This document shows, in pieces, positions 25,793 through 64,000 of a stretch of DNA of 64,000 nucleotides. A program made the position numbers and the translations under genes. The DNA lies in the NCBI GenBank assembly GCA_951406725.2, contig OX597833.1, forward strand, positions 45,756,001 through 45,820,000. The letters are read 5' to 3'. Under the pieces are notes generated by a model that searched no databases, had not been told where the DNA came from, and saw only the letters and a list, made by a program, of their open reading frames with translations. Numbering within the stretch: the stretch's first letter is position 1; the number at the start of each line of letters is the position of its first letter. Source of the DNA: Octopus vulgaris (Eukaryota).

Positions 25793-28045
25793 CTCTTGAT
25801 TTTGATTGGTCTGCTTGTTATTGATCTACTGGAATGGTTCAGCGTGATCGTAGTTCCCCATGTATTCATGCTGTGTTTCATAAACTTGATGAGAGTTGGG
25901 GATACTTTGTATACTTCCATCACTTTCAGAATCCATGAGTGAGGTACACTATCGAACGCCTTTTTGTAGTCGATCCATGATGTGCTCAGGTTCGTTTTCC
26001 TGGTTTTGCAGTCTTCAAGGATCATTTTGTTTATCAGCAGTTGGTCCTTGCATCCGTAGCTCCCTCTTCGACAACCTTTTTGTTCTGGTGCTAGTAGGTT
26101 GTCTTTTTCTAGGCACGTGTATGTTCTTTCAGTGATTACAGATGTTAATATTTTATATATTGTTGGTAGACAGGTGATTGGTCTATAGTTCTTTGGGTTT
26201 TCTGTCTCATTTGTTTTTGGTATTAGGGATGTCACTCCCTGTGTCAACCAGTCTGGGCTACTTTCTGGGGTTTTCATGACTTCGTTGTATGCTGATGACA
26301 TATCTGTTTGATCCAGAAGTTTGGTACTCGATCTATTCCCGGTGACTTCCAATTGCTGGCCTTTTTCAGGGCCAGGGTGACCTCCTCCTTTTGAATATTT
26401 TCCCATTCCTGTACTTCTTTATTTTCCAGGAATGTTTCTTGTTCCTTAATCCATTTTGCAGATTCATTATGTTGTTTTTCATTTACCCATATCGTACTCC
26501 AGATATTTTCCATATCCTCTTTCTTTGGCAGTTGCTCAACATTTATGTGTTGTTAACCGAGTTCCCTGTAAAATTTCTTTCTATCTTCTTTAAATAATTT
26601 GTTTGCTTCTCTTTATATATCGTGACAGTCGTTGTTCCTTTGCTTAGATGTTTTGCTTTAGGTTTTCATTTGCTTCAGGTATTTCATTTTTTGTTTGATC
26701 CCACGCTTTTTGCATATTTTCTTGGCTTTTCTTTGGTTGACCTGGTTTCCGTTACTTATTTCGGTCAGTATTGATAGGTCGCCGCTCATGCATTATATAT
26801 ACTTTTCTAAGTTTTCTTTCTATTTTGGTTGTCTTGTCTTCTGTTGAGCAGTTTTCTTTCTATTTTGGTTGTCTTGTCTTCTGTTGAGCAGTTTTCTTTT
26901 TTAGTTTTATGCCTTTTGCTTCAGTAATAGCTGCAGCTGTAGAATAGATTAGTTGGTTTAGTGATGTTATATTTAGTGGTTCTGTTGTTGTTGATTTTAT
27001 CTCATCTATTATATTATTGTCAATTTTAAGCAACTCCTTCAGGTTCTTATCCATACTGACTTTTGGAAGGGGCTCTCTGTGGTGTCTTGTGTTTTTACCT
27101 ATTCCCATTTTTTCTGTATTTCTTCTTTTAGTTCCAAATATTTCTCCCTATCCATGTCACTGTTTCGTCCAGTTGGTTGTTTTACAGGCTCTTCTATCTC
27201 ATTACCCACAGAGGGCTCCTCGAATACATCCTCTTCTTGGTTTTCTGTAGTTCCTATTTCTATTTCATTTGTATTTGGTGTTATACAGTGAGATCTGATG
27301 ACTTTTTCTTTTATTTCTTCCAGCTCAGTGTCTGTGAGCCTCCTGTTTTTAATGATATTTCTTCGGACATTCCCTAACTTGTCGGGATCCATATTTAACC
27401 TTGAAGTTGGATTTTGTTGTCTCCATAATCGAGAAGTCCTTTTTTGTCGTGTTATCTTCTGATGGTGTGACTACCGCCGTGTAGTATGCTTCCATTACTA
27501 GTTTATACTCTTCCCGATTCCATTTAGTACTAGGGTTTTTGCGTGTGGTAATGCTTGTATCGGTGGGGCTCAGGTGGAGGTTTTCCTTGGTTAAGTTGCC
27601 CAGTTTCCCGGGAGTGGGTAGAGTCCGAATCAGTAACCAACTTTTCGCTCCTGGCCTGACTCCTCACTAGGGGGCGCGCTCCTTGTTGACCCGCGAGACG
27701 AACGATGCGGTATGGGTTGTTTTATTGACTTTATCCATTATTGGTTAACTACTGGGTATATTCATGGTGATTGGCCACATACTCCTTGAGTACCTGAGTG
27801 TGCCCTATGCATATCACACATTGCTGGTTCCGCCTTCAAGGCCGTTGTCCATCTGACTCTATGGGTCAGCCGCTCCTTTTGCCGTCTCAGACTTCATGCA
27901 CTTAAGGGAAGGTATCCCTTCAGCCACAACAGCAGTCTAACTGCCGTTGCCCCTCACTTAGTTTAGCACTACTGTCGAGTGGAGGTCCCGGGGCATGACC
28001 GCTGGCGTGCACAACCGGCTTGTTGGAGTCATAAGTGAGAGTTGA
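25785..28045 (-). mobile_element. R4/Dong-like non-LTR retrotransposon, 5' half (N-terminal domain and RT motifs 0-4), frameshifted
   Basis: WKSPGIDRVPNFWIK, LIPK...NYRPITCLPTIYKILT, EQKGCRRGSYGCKDQLLIN, WIDYKKAFDSVPHSWI; N-terminal WNREEYKLVMEAYY and NVRRNIIKNRRLTDTELEEIK. Confidence 0.88.
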
Positions 28046-28065
28046 GCTTTTGTTGTGAAATAGTC

Positions 28066-28174
<109 letters not shown>

Positions 28175-28221
28175 GCATAATTAAATCTCAGAATGAGATT
28201 GAAACAGTAATCGCTCGATTG

Positions 28222-28850
<629 letters not shown>

Positions 28851-29570
28851 GATATGGATATCTAAATTTTGTACGATTCTCTTATTTTTCATTCTTTCAT
28901 TTTTTCTATCACCCTCTTCACACTTCGTTTTTTTCTACCTTTCCTTCTTTCGCACTCCATCTCTCACATTTCCTGGCCTTCCCTTCATTCTCACCTTCTC
29001 TCCCCTTTCACTTCACACCGTTTCCCTTTTCTTTTTTCCTCGTCCCTCCCTAATTCTTCTATCCATCTGCCTCTACCTCTCTTCTCTCCGTCCACGTGAA
29101 TGGTGTTCGGCCAAGCCTGACCTTTCTTTCTTGGTTTGACTACCATCCGTGCAACATATATATTCTTTCCCATGCCTATCATCTCTTATGTTCCTGCTGT
29201 AAGGCGCTTCTACACACGCCAGCTTAATTTAATTCCTCCTTAGTCTAAAGACACCTGTTGTTAATGTCCTTTGTATTTGTGTACCATTTCTCTGGTGTTT
29301 TCCGTTCTTTTTTTTCGTATACATTCGCTGCTTTCTTCCAAGGAATCTAATGCTCTTAGTTTACATTTTCCTTGGGGCTGGCCAGATTGGAGCAGTCCTG
29401 AGTAAAACCAGCCGAAACTGCAAATCTAACCTGGAACTCCGAATGACCCGTCCTTGTTTATTCTTGTCCATTTTTTTGTATCACCTGTCAGGATGTTTTG
29501 TGTTCTTATCCCATTTTTTGTATTCTTTTATACACACACACACACATACACATACATGTACACACACATA

Positions 29571-29614
<44 letters not shown>

Positions 29615-29624
29615 TTGTGGTTAG

Positions 29625-29706
<82 letters not shown>

Positions 29707-30450
29707 CTACCCACAAGGGGCTAAACACAGAGAGGACAAACAAGGACAGACAACCGGATTAAGTCGATTACATCGACCCCAGTGCGTAGCTGGTACTTAA
29801 TTTATCGACCCCCGAAAGGATGAAAGGCAAAGTCGACCTCGGCGGAATTTGAACCCAGAACTTAACGGCAGACGAAATACGGCTACGCATTTCGCCCGGC
29901 GTGCTAACATTTCTGCCACCTCGCCGCCTTATATATGTATATATATATATATATATGTCCGATGTCTGTGTAAATGAATACGTATGAGTGTGTGCATATG
30001 TGCGTATGTGTGTGTGTGTGTGTGTGTGCGCGCGCGCGCGCACGTGCATGTGTGTGTCAGTGTGTGAATCAGCGAGGAATATATTTTACCGGCGTAACAG
30101 TTCGTAATCATTTAAAATAAGTAGATAAGCTGATTTACCTCCACAGAATTATGAGACACTCCGCAGTATGTAGTTCAAACAAGTATTGTGAATTTTGTGC
30201 TTCTGCTCACGGAGAATGTAATAATACACACACGCACACATACGCGCGCAGACATACACATACAAATACACGTACACTCAAGTTTATGTATGGAGGAAAT
30301 ATAATAACCGCAGGAGGAGCTGTGTGGTAAGAAGGCTGGTTTCCGCGTAGCACCTTGAGCAAGTGTCTTCTACTATAGCCTGAGGAAATAGTTTCATTCG
30401 GCTCCATACAACTTAAATTTTCGTGGATGCGTAAAAAGTATGTGTGTGTA

Positions 30451-30481
<31 letters not shown>

Positions 30482-31154
30482 GTGCGTGTGTGCGTGTGTG
30501 TGTATGTGTGTGTGTGTATGTGTGTTTGTGTGTGTGTGTATGTGTGTATGTGTGTGTGCGTGTGTGTGTATGTGTGTGTGCGTGTGTGTGTGTTTATGTG
30601 TGCGTGTGTGTGTGTGCGTGCGTGTGTGTGTGTGTATGTATGTATGTGTGTGTGTGTGTGTATGTATGTATGTGTGTGTGTGTGTGTATAGATACATATT
30701 TTTTACGCTTATGTATTTGTTTTGCAAGATTGCTGATGTGAAATCGTGTGTTGAAACATATTGTTATATTTCAGGATGGTCTTATTTTTATGTTTTGCCA
30801 AATAATCACACGCTCTCTACACTCGTTCTTCACATTAGCATATTTTAGAGTACTTTGTCTGAAATCTTTCCTCACACAACTTGTGACTTCTCCAACGATT
30901 TCTCCATCATACGTGTCTCCTCCTGTTACACCACAGAAAGACAGAATGAACTAAACAGGACAGCGGTGGGGAGGATACATATGATGAGTGATGATAGATT
31001 TCAGACAAAATACACTAAAGTAAGATTAATAATAAAGCTGAAGAACGAGTAGACAGTGCATATGATTATTTGGCAAAAAAAAAAAAAAAAAGATATGACC
31101 ATCCCGAAATATAACAATATACATACATACAAACATACATATATATATATATAC

Positions 31155-31496
31155 TGAAGCTCCGGCGTCTGGCGATGGACTTGGTAAACACCCACAAAGT
31201 TATCAACCACCTCACCAACAACAACACTGAACACCTTTTTGATCTCCATGTGTCTAACACACGTGGACATGCCTACAAAGTCAGAAAACAACACAGCTCC
31301 CATGACTTTCGGAAACATTTTTTCACGCTCAGAGTTGCTGAAGCATGGAACAAACTGCCTGCGTCAGTTGTTGACTGCCATGACACTGCATCCTTTAAGG
31401 CCCTCATGCTTTCCGAAATCCGCCGAAACTACACCTGATTATACATACACTTTAGATGAGTTGTAGTGCACCTGAGCACTGTACACAATGTTTATT

Positions 31497-31510
<14 letters not shown>
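31155..31510 (+). mobile_element. CR1-type LINE 3' end
   Basis: LRRLAMDLVNTHKVI...TRGHAYKV...RKHFFTLRVAEAWNKLPASVV...SFK; short 3' UTR and (TAT)n tail. Confidence 0.85.
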
Positions 31511-31528
<18 letters not shown>

Positions 31529-31829
31529 TAAATTAAATTACAGATAAAACCACTATTAGGCAAATCAAACAATGAAAAACATAAACCAAAACATAAAAAA
31601 TAAATATAATTAATATGATATACAAAATATATAAAATATAAAATTTTAAATTAAATTATTTAAATTTAAATTTTTTAAATTTATATTTATAAATTTTTAA
31701 ATTTTTAATTTTTTAAATTTTAAAATTATAAATTTTTAAATTTTTAATTTTTTAATATTTATATTTATTTATTTTTTAAATAATATAATAAGTATAATAA
31801 TATATATCTATATATATACATACACACTC

Positions 31830-32200
31830 ATTAAACTCGATTCCGTCGGTCACGAATGACCATGGGTGCACCTAAGAGGTTCCCCTCCGGGGTACAATTC
31901 TGGGCGGTAAGTTGCCTCACCGGCGAACGCACAACCTAGGGTTGTTTTTATAGAAGATCAGCAGTCACCCATGCATGCCAACCGCCCCTCTCTACGCCAC
32001 CGATGTTATCCAAGGGAAAGGCAAAGGCCGATACAGCTTGGCACCGGTGACGTCGCAACTCATTTCTATAGCTGAGTTAACTGGAGCAACGTGGAATAAA
32101 GTGTCTTGCTCAAGAACACAATACGCAGCCCAGTCCGGGAATCGAAATCAACCGCACGATTGTAGGCTCGACACTCTAACCACTGAGCCATGCGCCTTCA
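31830..32200 (-). mobile_element. tRNA-derived SINE (family C-like head, different tail)
   Basis: gtgaaggcgcatggctcagtggttag...tttcgattcccgg on minus. Confidence 0.7.
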
Positions 32201-32485
32201 CTACATACATACAAACATACATGTGTGTGTGTATAACAACCACGTGTGTACATAAACAAACTTACATTTGTTTTTGGAAGAGCCAAATGTGTATCGCACG
32301 ATACAGACAAGAAAGTGATATTTTCGAACGCAGTATCGCCGTTAAAACAGCACAAAAACTGGGCGATATTACCCTTGCAAGGCGGAAAAAGTATGTATGT
32401 ATGTGTGTAGATATATGACCGCGTGTGTACTGTTGGCGATTTTTTTTCCTCTATCTTCCCTTCTTTGGATCTTTCCTTCTCCTAA

Positions 32486-32520
32486 GTTTCCGACGAAGAG
32501 CTCCGCTCGAAACGTTAAAC
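32486..32520 (+). ncRNA. Minimal type-I hammerhead motif (CCGACGA core) in an approx. 200-bp PLE-end repeat
   Basis: gttt-CCGACGA-A-gagc tcc gctc-GAAA-cgt-t-aaac; identical motif at 55337-55371(+) and 53971-54005(-). Confidence 0.7.
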
Positions 32521-32615
32521 CCTCCTTCTTTCCTTCTTTCCTGAGCGTCCAATAATACTATATTTGTTCCACGTCCTCGCGTTGTTGTGTTTTTTTTGTG
32601 CTTTCATGTTTGGAT

Positions 32616-32688
<73 letters not shown>

Positions 32689-33125
32689 TAGAAGGTTTGG
32701 AGGTATTATATATTAGAAGAAATGAGGTACTCAGAAATCTGGATGGTTTTATATTTACAGATATTTACTAATAGGTCGCGTGTTAGCGCTTGCGTCAAAC
32801 AAGAGCGGTGGATATATAAACAACAAAATTAGGTTAAGTTTTATTTGTGAAATGCAGTTGTTTTGAATTTGCTTCAGAAAGTTTTATTTGTGAAATGCGG
32901 TTGTTTTAAATTCGCTTCAGATCAATGTGCGTGGTGGATGGTGGGGAGGGGGCCGCTAGGAATGTGGTATGGAACTAATTCTATCGCCTTCTTTTGCTGA
33001 ACAGTTATTTTATTGGGACATAAACAAGTCAAAAACCAATTGTCAGGTGATGGAGAAGACAAAAACACACACAAATGCAAAGACACACATACACGAACAC
33101 ACAAACACACATATATACATACATA

Positions 33126-33580
<455 letters not shown>

Positions 33581-33874
33581 TAACACACGAGTTTATAATC
33601 AAAGACAAGAATTCATATCAAACTAGCTGCAGCTAACTACCTAGAACCCAAAAGAGTAAAAAAAAAGAGAGACAGAGACAGACAGAAAAAAGGAAATTGT
33701 CCCTTGCATGTGAAAAGTATGGAAATATTTTTAAAGAAGACTTCATGTAATTTTTTCACAATTTTATTGTTTTTCATGCTTTACTCTAAGTTGAAAAGTC
33801 ACAAAGACTGAAACTGGTACCAAAATGCTCTTCATGTTAAAATCATTTTAACATTTTCTACCTTTTCTTATTTT

Positions 33875-33910
<36 letters not shown>

Positions 33911-34262
33911 AAAGTCCGTGAACATCGTCATTTCACCTAGAAGAAATAGTCCTATAGAGATGGGATGATTCTAACTCGAATACTATTGATGACGTATCTT
34001 CTCGAACAGGACTGTCCTGGGCTTAACACAAATAACTTATGAGTCAATGAAAGAAACCCTTCATCATCATTTGTTCAGCTATATATAAAAATCAAATCTT
34101 CCTCACATTTTCCCCTACTTGGCCCTAAACAACAATAACAACAACAACAAACTTAAAATCCTTCCTTTGGCGGTAATACTGCTGTGATATTTACCATTAT
34201 CTTTTAAACTTTTGTTTTAGACAAAGAAATTAACTCATTCACCGCTAAAGTGACAGAGAACA

Positions 34263-57544
<23,282 letters not shown>

Positions 57545-57618
57545 TGTTGAAAGTGTGTATATGTATCTTTGTCAAATGGAAAGATATAATCGTATACATA
57601 ACTACATATATGTGTATG

Positions 57619-57689
<71 letters not shown>

Positions 57690-57858
57690 GTATATATGTA
57701 TATATATGTTACATAGAGATTATAACATCTAACCTTGAGGTGCAATCACATTTTTTCCTTCGTATATCATATCCTGTTTGTAAAAATGGAGGGAAAATGA
57801 CGTTAAAAGTTTGAATAATATGTCATTTGTTAGACTGTAAAGATATATGATACAATGG

Positions 57859-57947
<89 letters not shown>

Positions 57948-59141
57948 CATATATATACTCATGCATTCTATCGTGTTTGTACTTCATCGCGCCACGATTC
58001 CGTTCCAGATATTAGCAAAAACTGAAAGAGGAGTGACACTCGTCTTTCTTTTAAACAATCCAAGTTTCCCTCCCATTTCTGTTTCTTATCAACTTTTCAA
58101 AAGTTTTTTTCTAAAATCCAATCTCATTCTTACTAGTGAACACATTTCCGTTGTCCATGGAAGCGCTCAAAAAGCATCGAAAGTATAACCGTTAAGAGCC
58201 TTGTGATACGCGGAGGTCTTTTACAATCAGGCCCATTTGGTGAGTTCAGCTGTTTAGGAAGACAAAATTTCGTAATGGGTGCTATAGTTGTCAGACCTCT
58301 ACACTTATTTCACAAGGTCTGGTCATGAATTTATACATGCAAAGATTATATACTTCTGTTCCTTAAGTTTCTATAAAGAGGAACAGGAAAGAAACATTAA
58401 TATCAAAATACACACTTCAGTCAATAATCACACTCAAGCAAGTAGATAGATAGATAGATAGATAGATAGCCCCTTCCCTGTTTTGGAGGCTTTTAACTCT
58501 TGGGAGACTAGTAATACTAGTAGTGGTATATGTGCTGTAATAGGCGTTTGAAATCAGTTGGAGCACATCCCTCTGTAGGTCTGAGTGCAGTTAACTTTCT
58601 CCAAAGAGAAACCGAGAAGAAAAATTGACCCCAGTATATTTTTATCGACCCCGAAAAGACAAAAAAGCTGATTTCGGTGAGATTTGAACTCAGAGTATGC
58701 AGATAACTAGCAGTCAACCCATCATTCAACCCATCATTCTAATGACTTTGCCAGCTTGCATCATGTATGTATGTATGTATGTATGTATGTATGTATGTAT
58801 GTATGTATGTATGTATGTATGTATGTATGTATGTATGAATATATGATTGTATGTATGTATGTATGTACGAAAGTATGTATGGATGTATGTACGTATAGGT
58901 TTTCTTTGTCTTTTTATTTCATAGTAAAATTTGACTGGCCACCTCCTTTGTAGCAAGGTTGTGAATGAAAGTACCTTCTTTTAACCATCGTCCTTTAAAT
59001 CTTAAGAAGGTCTTGCAGATTTTTATAGGCCCATATATCAGGATCGTTTGTAGCGTATGAATTAAGGATTCGCATTCTCTCTTCTAGACCTCAAGTTCAG
59101 CCATACTTTGCTCCAAACGGGTTGGCATGTATCCTGTTGCT

Positions 59142-59200
<59 letters not shown>

Positions 59201-60027
59201 CATAATAATAATAATAATAGGTATGAAGCTGGATACCGAATTTGCAAACTCCTTATCAATGGTCCCTAGATGTCCTCTTTCTCTTGTATCTTTCCAACCA
59301 CATTCGTTTTCAGAGGGCATTTGATTTCCACAACAGAACGTATTGTTTCTTTGTGGTCCCACAACCCGATATCTTGCCTGTTGTTTTTATACGTCTGTCT
59401 CTCTGCGTGTCTGCCTGTCTGTCTATCTGTATGTATGTATGTATGCATGTATGTATGTATGCATGTATGTATGTATGTATGTATGTATGTATGTATGTAT
59501 GTATGTATGTATGTATGTATGTATGTATGTATGTATGTATGTATGTATGTATGTATGTATGTATGTATGTATGCATGTATGTATGTATGTATGTATGTAT
59601 GTGGAGGCGTAGATGTGTGGTAAGTACGGCAGCTTGGCGATAACTATTAATATCCAGTACTGCTGTCGTAGTCTCCTTTAGAGAGATTTAGAAATAATAG
59701 TATTTCTATTTTTGAAAACCAGTGGTTGTGTTCCACTGAATATGTATAATTAAACCTTCGAACAGACAGTCAATAGCCTGCTGGGTTCAGCTACTCCACA
59801 TTGATAAGGGGCAAATACTCCGAAGTTAGTCTGTGGCTGCTGAACCAGCAAGGGGAAGTTGATGACCTCCCCTGTTCGAAGGTTGCAATGGACACAGGTT
59901 TGTGTCACATAGCTAGCTAGATGCTAATGGCCTCTTGAAGGTAATCAACGACAGCATTCGTCCTATTTTTTCTGGATTGCCATGTTAGCTTGGCGATAAC
60001 TATATATACACACACACGCACAAACAC

Positions 60028-60113
<86 letters not shown>

Positions 60114-60239
60114 GATGAACTATCTGACGGAATGACATAGGTAAATGAAGAGAGAGAAAGAGAATGAGACGGAGAGAGAGAGAGAGGGAGAGAAAGAGAA
60201 TGAGATGGAGAGAGAGAGAGAGAGAAAGAGAGAGAAAAT

Positions 60240-60932
60240 GCAGGGTTGTAACAGTTCTAGTGAAGTTCACCAAATAAGTCACTATTAACGATGAAATTGC
60301 TATCTTTTGCTTGGAAACGCATTTCTGGTTTCCAGAATTTTAGCACTACTATAGTATTTAAGCACCTCTCTCCCCTCCCCCTCATCTTTCTTCCCTCCTC
60401 CACTTCTCCCTCTCTCTTCTCTCCCCCTTTCACTCTCCCCACAACCCCCACTCTACCCCAACCCCCAGCCGAACCCACACCCCACATGGGTTTTCCCCAC
60501 CTCCCACCACACTACACTACACCATACGACACTACACTACACCATACGACATTACACATCACATCATACATACATACACACGTCCAGACCTTTCATACGC
60601 ACATACATACTCTCTCATACACACACGCACCCTTATGTTGGGGCGAGGTCATTTGACCTTGTTATCTCCCCTACTATACCTCTTGCGTCTAACGTCTGAT
60701 CTCTGACTTCTGGCCGAAATCAGACCGCCATGTTAAATCGTTAGCTCCTGCACGCATATTTTGCCATCCTTGTTTCTCTCCGTGTTTCTTTTCTGTGTAT
60801 CTTTCTGTTGAAGAGTGTAGGCTCGAAACGTAAATGACTTGTTTTATTTCTGTTCCTGAGCGCCATACTAATACAATTGTTTGTTTGTACTCCACCTGCC
60901 TTCGTCTTTTGTTTATTTTCGTAAGCTTCCCG

Positions 60933-60935
<3 letters not shown>
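60240..60935 (+). mobile_element. 3' portion of the Neptune-type PLE family (C-rich 3' UTR and pLTR with hammerhead-like motif at about 60800-60837)
   Basis: Same layout as the reverse complement of 11478-12300; ends at (TA)n. Confidence 0.75.
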
Positions 60936-61031
<96 letters not shown>

Positions 61032-62236
61032 CGCGTATGTGTGTGTGCGTGTGTGTGTGTGTGCATGTATGCATGTATATACGCAATCATATAAAGAGTT
61101 TATGTTACCAGCGTTTCATCAAATTCTAGTTCTATGGCGGATATATCTAGGATAAAGACGTGTTTCAGTTACATCACTTGATCTAGATTCCATCACACAA
61201 AATTCTATAAACCTTAATGATGCTCCGACGACCGAAAACATCATATCACTGCTACTCCGACATCTTGCTCCACCAACCCCTTCTTCCTTCTTGTTATTAT
61301 CATTAATTCGCTAACATCCACAACGCCACCATAACACTACAACCACCACCACCACCATCATCACTACCTCCACCAACCCCACCATCAACACGAATATCCC
61401 CAACGTTCATATTACCATCGTAGGATCCTACTTAGCATACTAGATTTCTGGTCTAAAAATGTAAGGAATTCCTCTAGCTTTAATCTCACATTACCAGAAC
61501 CCAAAGAGGATCTATAGAACTAATTTTAAACAAGCAGCAATGCATATAACTGGCTTCTTTTTCATTTCTATTTCTGTACTGTACGTCGTTCTGGTTGTTC
61601 CGGTTGAATATCACAGATTCCAAGAGACGTTACGCTGCGAGGTGTCCCTCAAAATCCATTTCACATGGTAACGGAGCAGGGAAAGAGAAAGAGAGAGAGA
61701 GAGGAGGGAGAGAGAGAATTATAACCAACCGTAATATTTAATGATCTTTTATTTTATTTGTTGGCCCCAGAAGGATAGAAGGCAAAACCAACATTACTGT
61801 GATTCGAAATCTGAGTGCAAAAAGCCGGAACAAAATTACTACAAGTCGTTCGTTCCAAACAATGCTCTTACGAATTTACCAGTTCAGTACTTACTAGGGT
61901 TGCTAATATGGTAACGTAGTGTTTTAATGCCTTGTAAGAATATATAGATGAAACTATAATTATCAAATTAATATAATTTCCATATTGGAAGGCAGCGAAT
62001 AGGCAGAGTCATTAGCACACTGGGCAAAATGCTTAGTGGTGTTTCATCCGTCTACATTCTGAGTTCAAATTCCGCTGAGGTCGACTTTGCCTTTCGATAT
62101 GAAAAGTACCAGTTGAGCACTGGGGTCGGTGCAATGGACTAGCCTCCTTCTCTGAACTTACTGGCCTTGTGCCAAAATTTGAAATCAGTATAATTCCATA
62201 TTGGCAATCTCATATAGGCGCTTGTCATTCCATTAA

Positions 62237-62760
62237 CCCCTTGACACCGGTATTACCCAAAGCATGCGAGACACTGCTCCGGCTTTTTTTTATCTAATGA
62301 GGCCACACAAACACACAAGTGTCAACGAGCTCGCGTCTATTTACGTTCAACGTAACAATAACATAGCGTCGTACATTTACGTCTACAGGTTTATGAAAAC
62401 GAACTATGTGAAACTATTTATCATAATATGATATGCACGAGTTATTCTGCTCAAGTTCAGAAAATAGCTTGCATGTGGTACAACTCAAAACATGGTATTA
62501 TGCATGTAAAGTATCCGCATGTCATTGGTCTACTACTAGTCTCATGACTTGAACGTAACCTAAAATAGCTAAGATAATACACGGGACGGCGAGCGTGCGC
62601 ACCTCAAGAGATAAAATACACGATAGCGAACGTAAACATGCGTCAGCCGCTAAAAAAGTCCGTGATAGATGTAGGGCAGCTCTACATCGTATATTTACGT
62701 TAACCGCGGTTAGGCAAGCAAAAGTGTAATCACATATTTGCGTCAACCGTTGTCAAGGGT
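62237..62760. mobile_element. piggyBac-type MITE
   Basis: TTAA|CCCCTTGACACCGGT ... ACCGTTGTCAAGGGT|TTAA. Confidence 0.8.
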
Positions 62761-63455
62761 TTAAGTATTTCTTTCAGCTATTATTCAGAGTTCATTTCTG
62801 ATATACAAACAATTTCAACTCGAAACGTATCTGTCAATATATAGATTGTAAAAGGACCTCGGGCTGCAGTGTCTAGTCACTTCGTACCCCAGTGAATACG
62901 AAATCATCTATGAAAGTGGAATTTAGATTTTGAAAGTAAATTTGGAACTGTTTTCTACATTATTCCACCATATACATGTTTCCTCTACCGCTCTCTGAAC
63001 TTCTCTCGATCACCAACAGCTCTTAGACTATGTCTTAACCTGAATTCAGGACATTTATAACACTTCACCTCTGTCTAAAAAGTCATCGTCTTCACTGACT
63101 TTGCCAAACCACCTTTCTTCCATTTTTTAAACATGAACTTTCTGTGAGCCATTTTCCTGCAACGAAAGGTGCCATAATAGCTGTCCTCTCTAATTCTAAC
63201 GTCACACTGCGTCACATGATGTAAATCTCCTCAAAAACCGTCCCTTTCCACCCCACTACGCAGATTCACAAGTATGTACACTATAGTCTCCAAGTGTGAG
63301 TATATCTCCGATTTATTCAAATCAAGGCCATCATATTTGACTGTATATTTTCCATTAAACACAAAAATATGAAGCTCAGAGCTAGCGCCTACCCATACCA
63401 AACTCCAGAATCCTTCCTTCCTTCCTTCCTTCCTTCATTCATGCCTTCCTTCCTT

Positions 63456-63499
<44 letters not shown>

Positions 63500-63903
63500 G
63501 GATATATCTTCTTCTTTGGAAACAAGCAATAGTGTCTTCCAATCCTAGCCTTGTTGCATTCACGTCCAATATCTCAAAAACAATATATATAGAAAGAGCC
63601 ATTAACGACAGCCGCTGCCAAACTATTGGAACCTTCTTTTCTTTCTTACTGATCACCATTACGGCTTTCGTAAAGCTACCTCCACGGAACTAACTCTTCT
63701 ATGTCACTCGCTAGTGGGTTTTCGGACGCAAATAATTTGAAGTCATGTTGTTGTTCTCAACATCAGTAAATCCTTCCACCATATCTAGCACTTAAATGTT
63801 CTAGAAAAACTACCCACCTTCGCGGTCAATCATCCCCCATCTTTTAGATCGACGGATTTCAGTCATATTGCACTTACCCTGCATGAGCTGATGACGCTCT
63901 CTC

Positions 63904-63963
<60 letters not shown>

Positions 63964-64000
63964 CCTGACGCTTTCAAATTTTTTGTGCCCTCACAGTGGC

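Noticed and set aside
27940-28045. Possible HDV-like ribozyme at the 5' end of the R4/Dong-like element
   Set aside because: I could not assemble the P1/P2/P3/P1.1 double pseudoknot by eye; needs a motif search

Overview
AT-rich, extremely microsatellite-rich eukaryotic DNA; the repeat families suggest a coleoid cephalopod (Octopus-like), which is my inference. The only host protein-coding gene I can support is an 8-exon SLC16/monocarboxylate-transporter (MFS) gene on + (CDS 34263-57544, 1392 nt, 463 aa, all introns GT-AG phase 1) that lacks the MCT1 proton-coupling residues. The rest is transposon debris: Penelope-like elements (RT and GIY-YIG), an R4/Dong-like LINE, Tx1/L1 and CR1 fragments, several tRNA-derived SINE families, non-autonomous Helitrons, and Tigger/pogo, mariner, piggyBac and Merlin-like MITEs. 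The least obvious signal is a set of at least 11 type-I hammerhead-ribozyme motifs from about 5 repeat families. They include a recurrent variant core (CUG-U-N-GA) and a tRNA-headed SINE-like element with a hammerhead in its tail. Five lie sense-oriented in introns of the transporter gene. Almost all ORFs in the supplied track are microsatellite artefacts.
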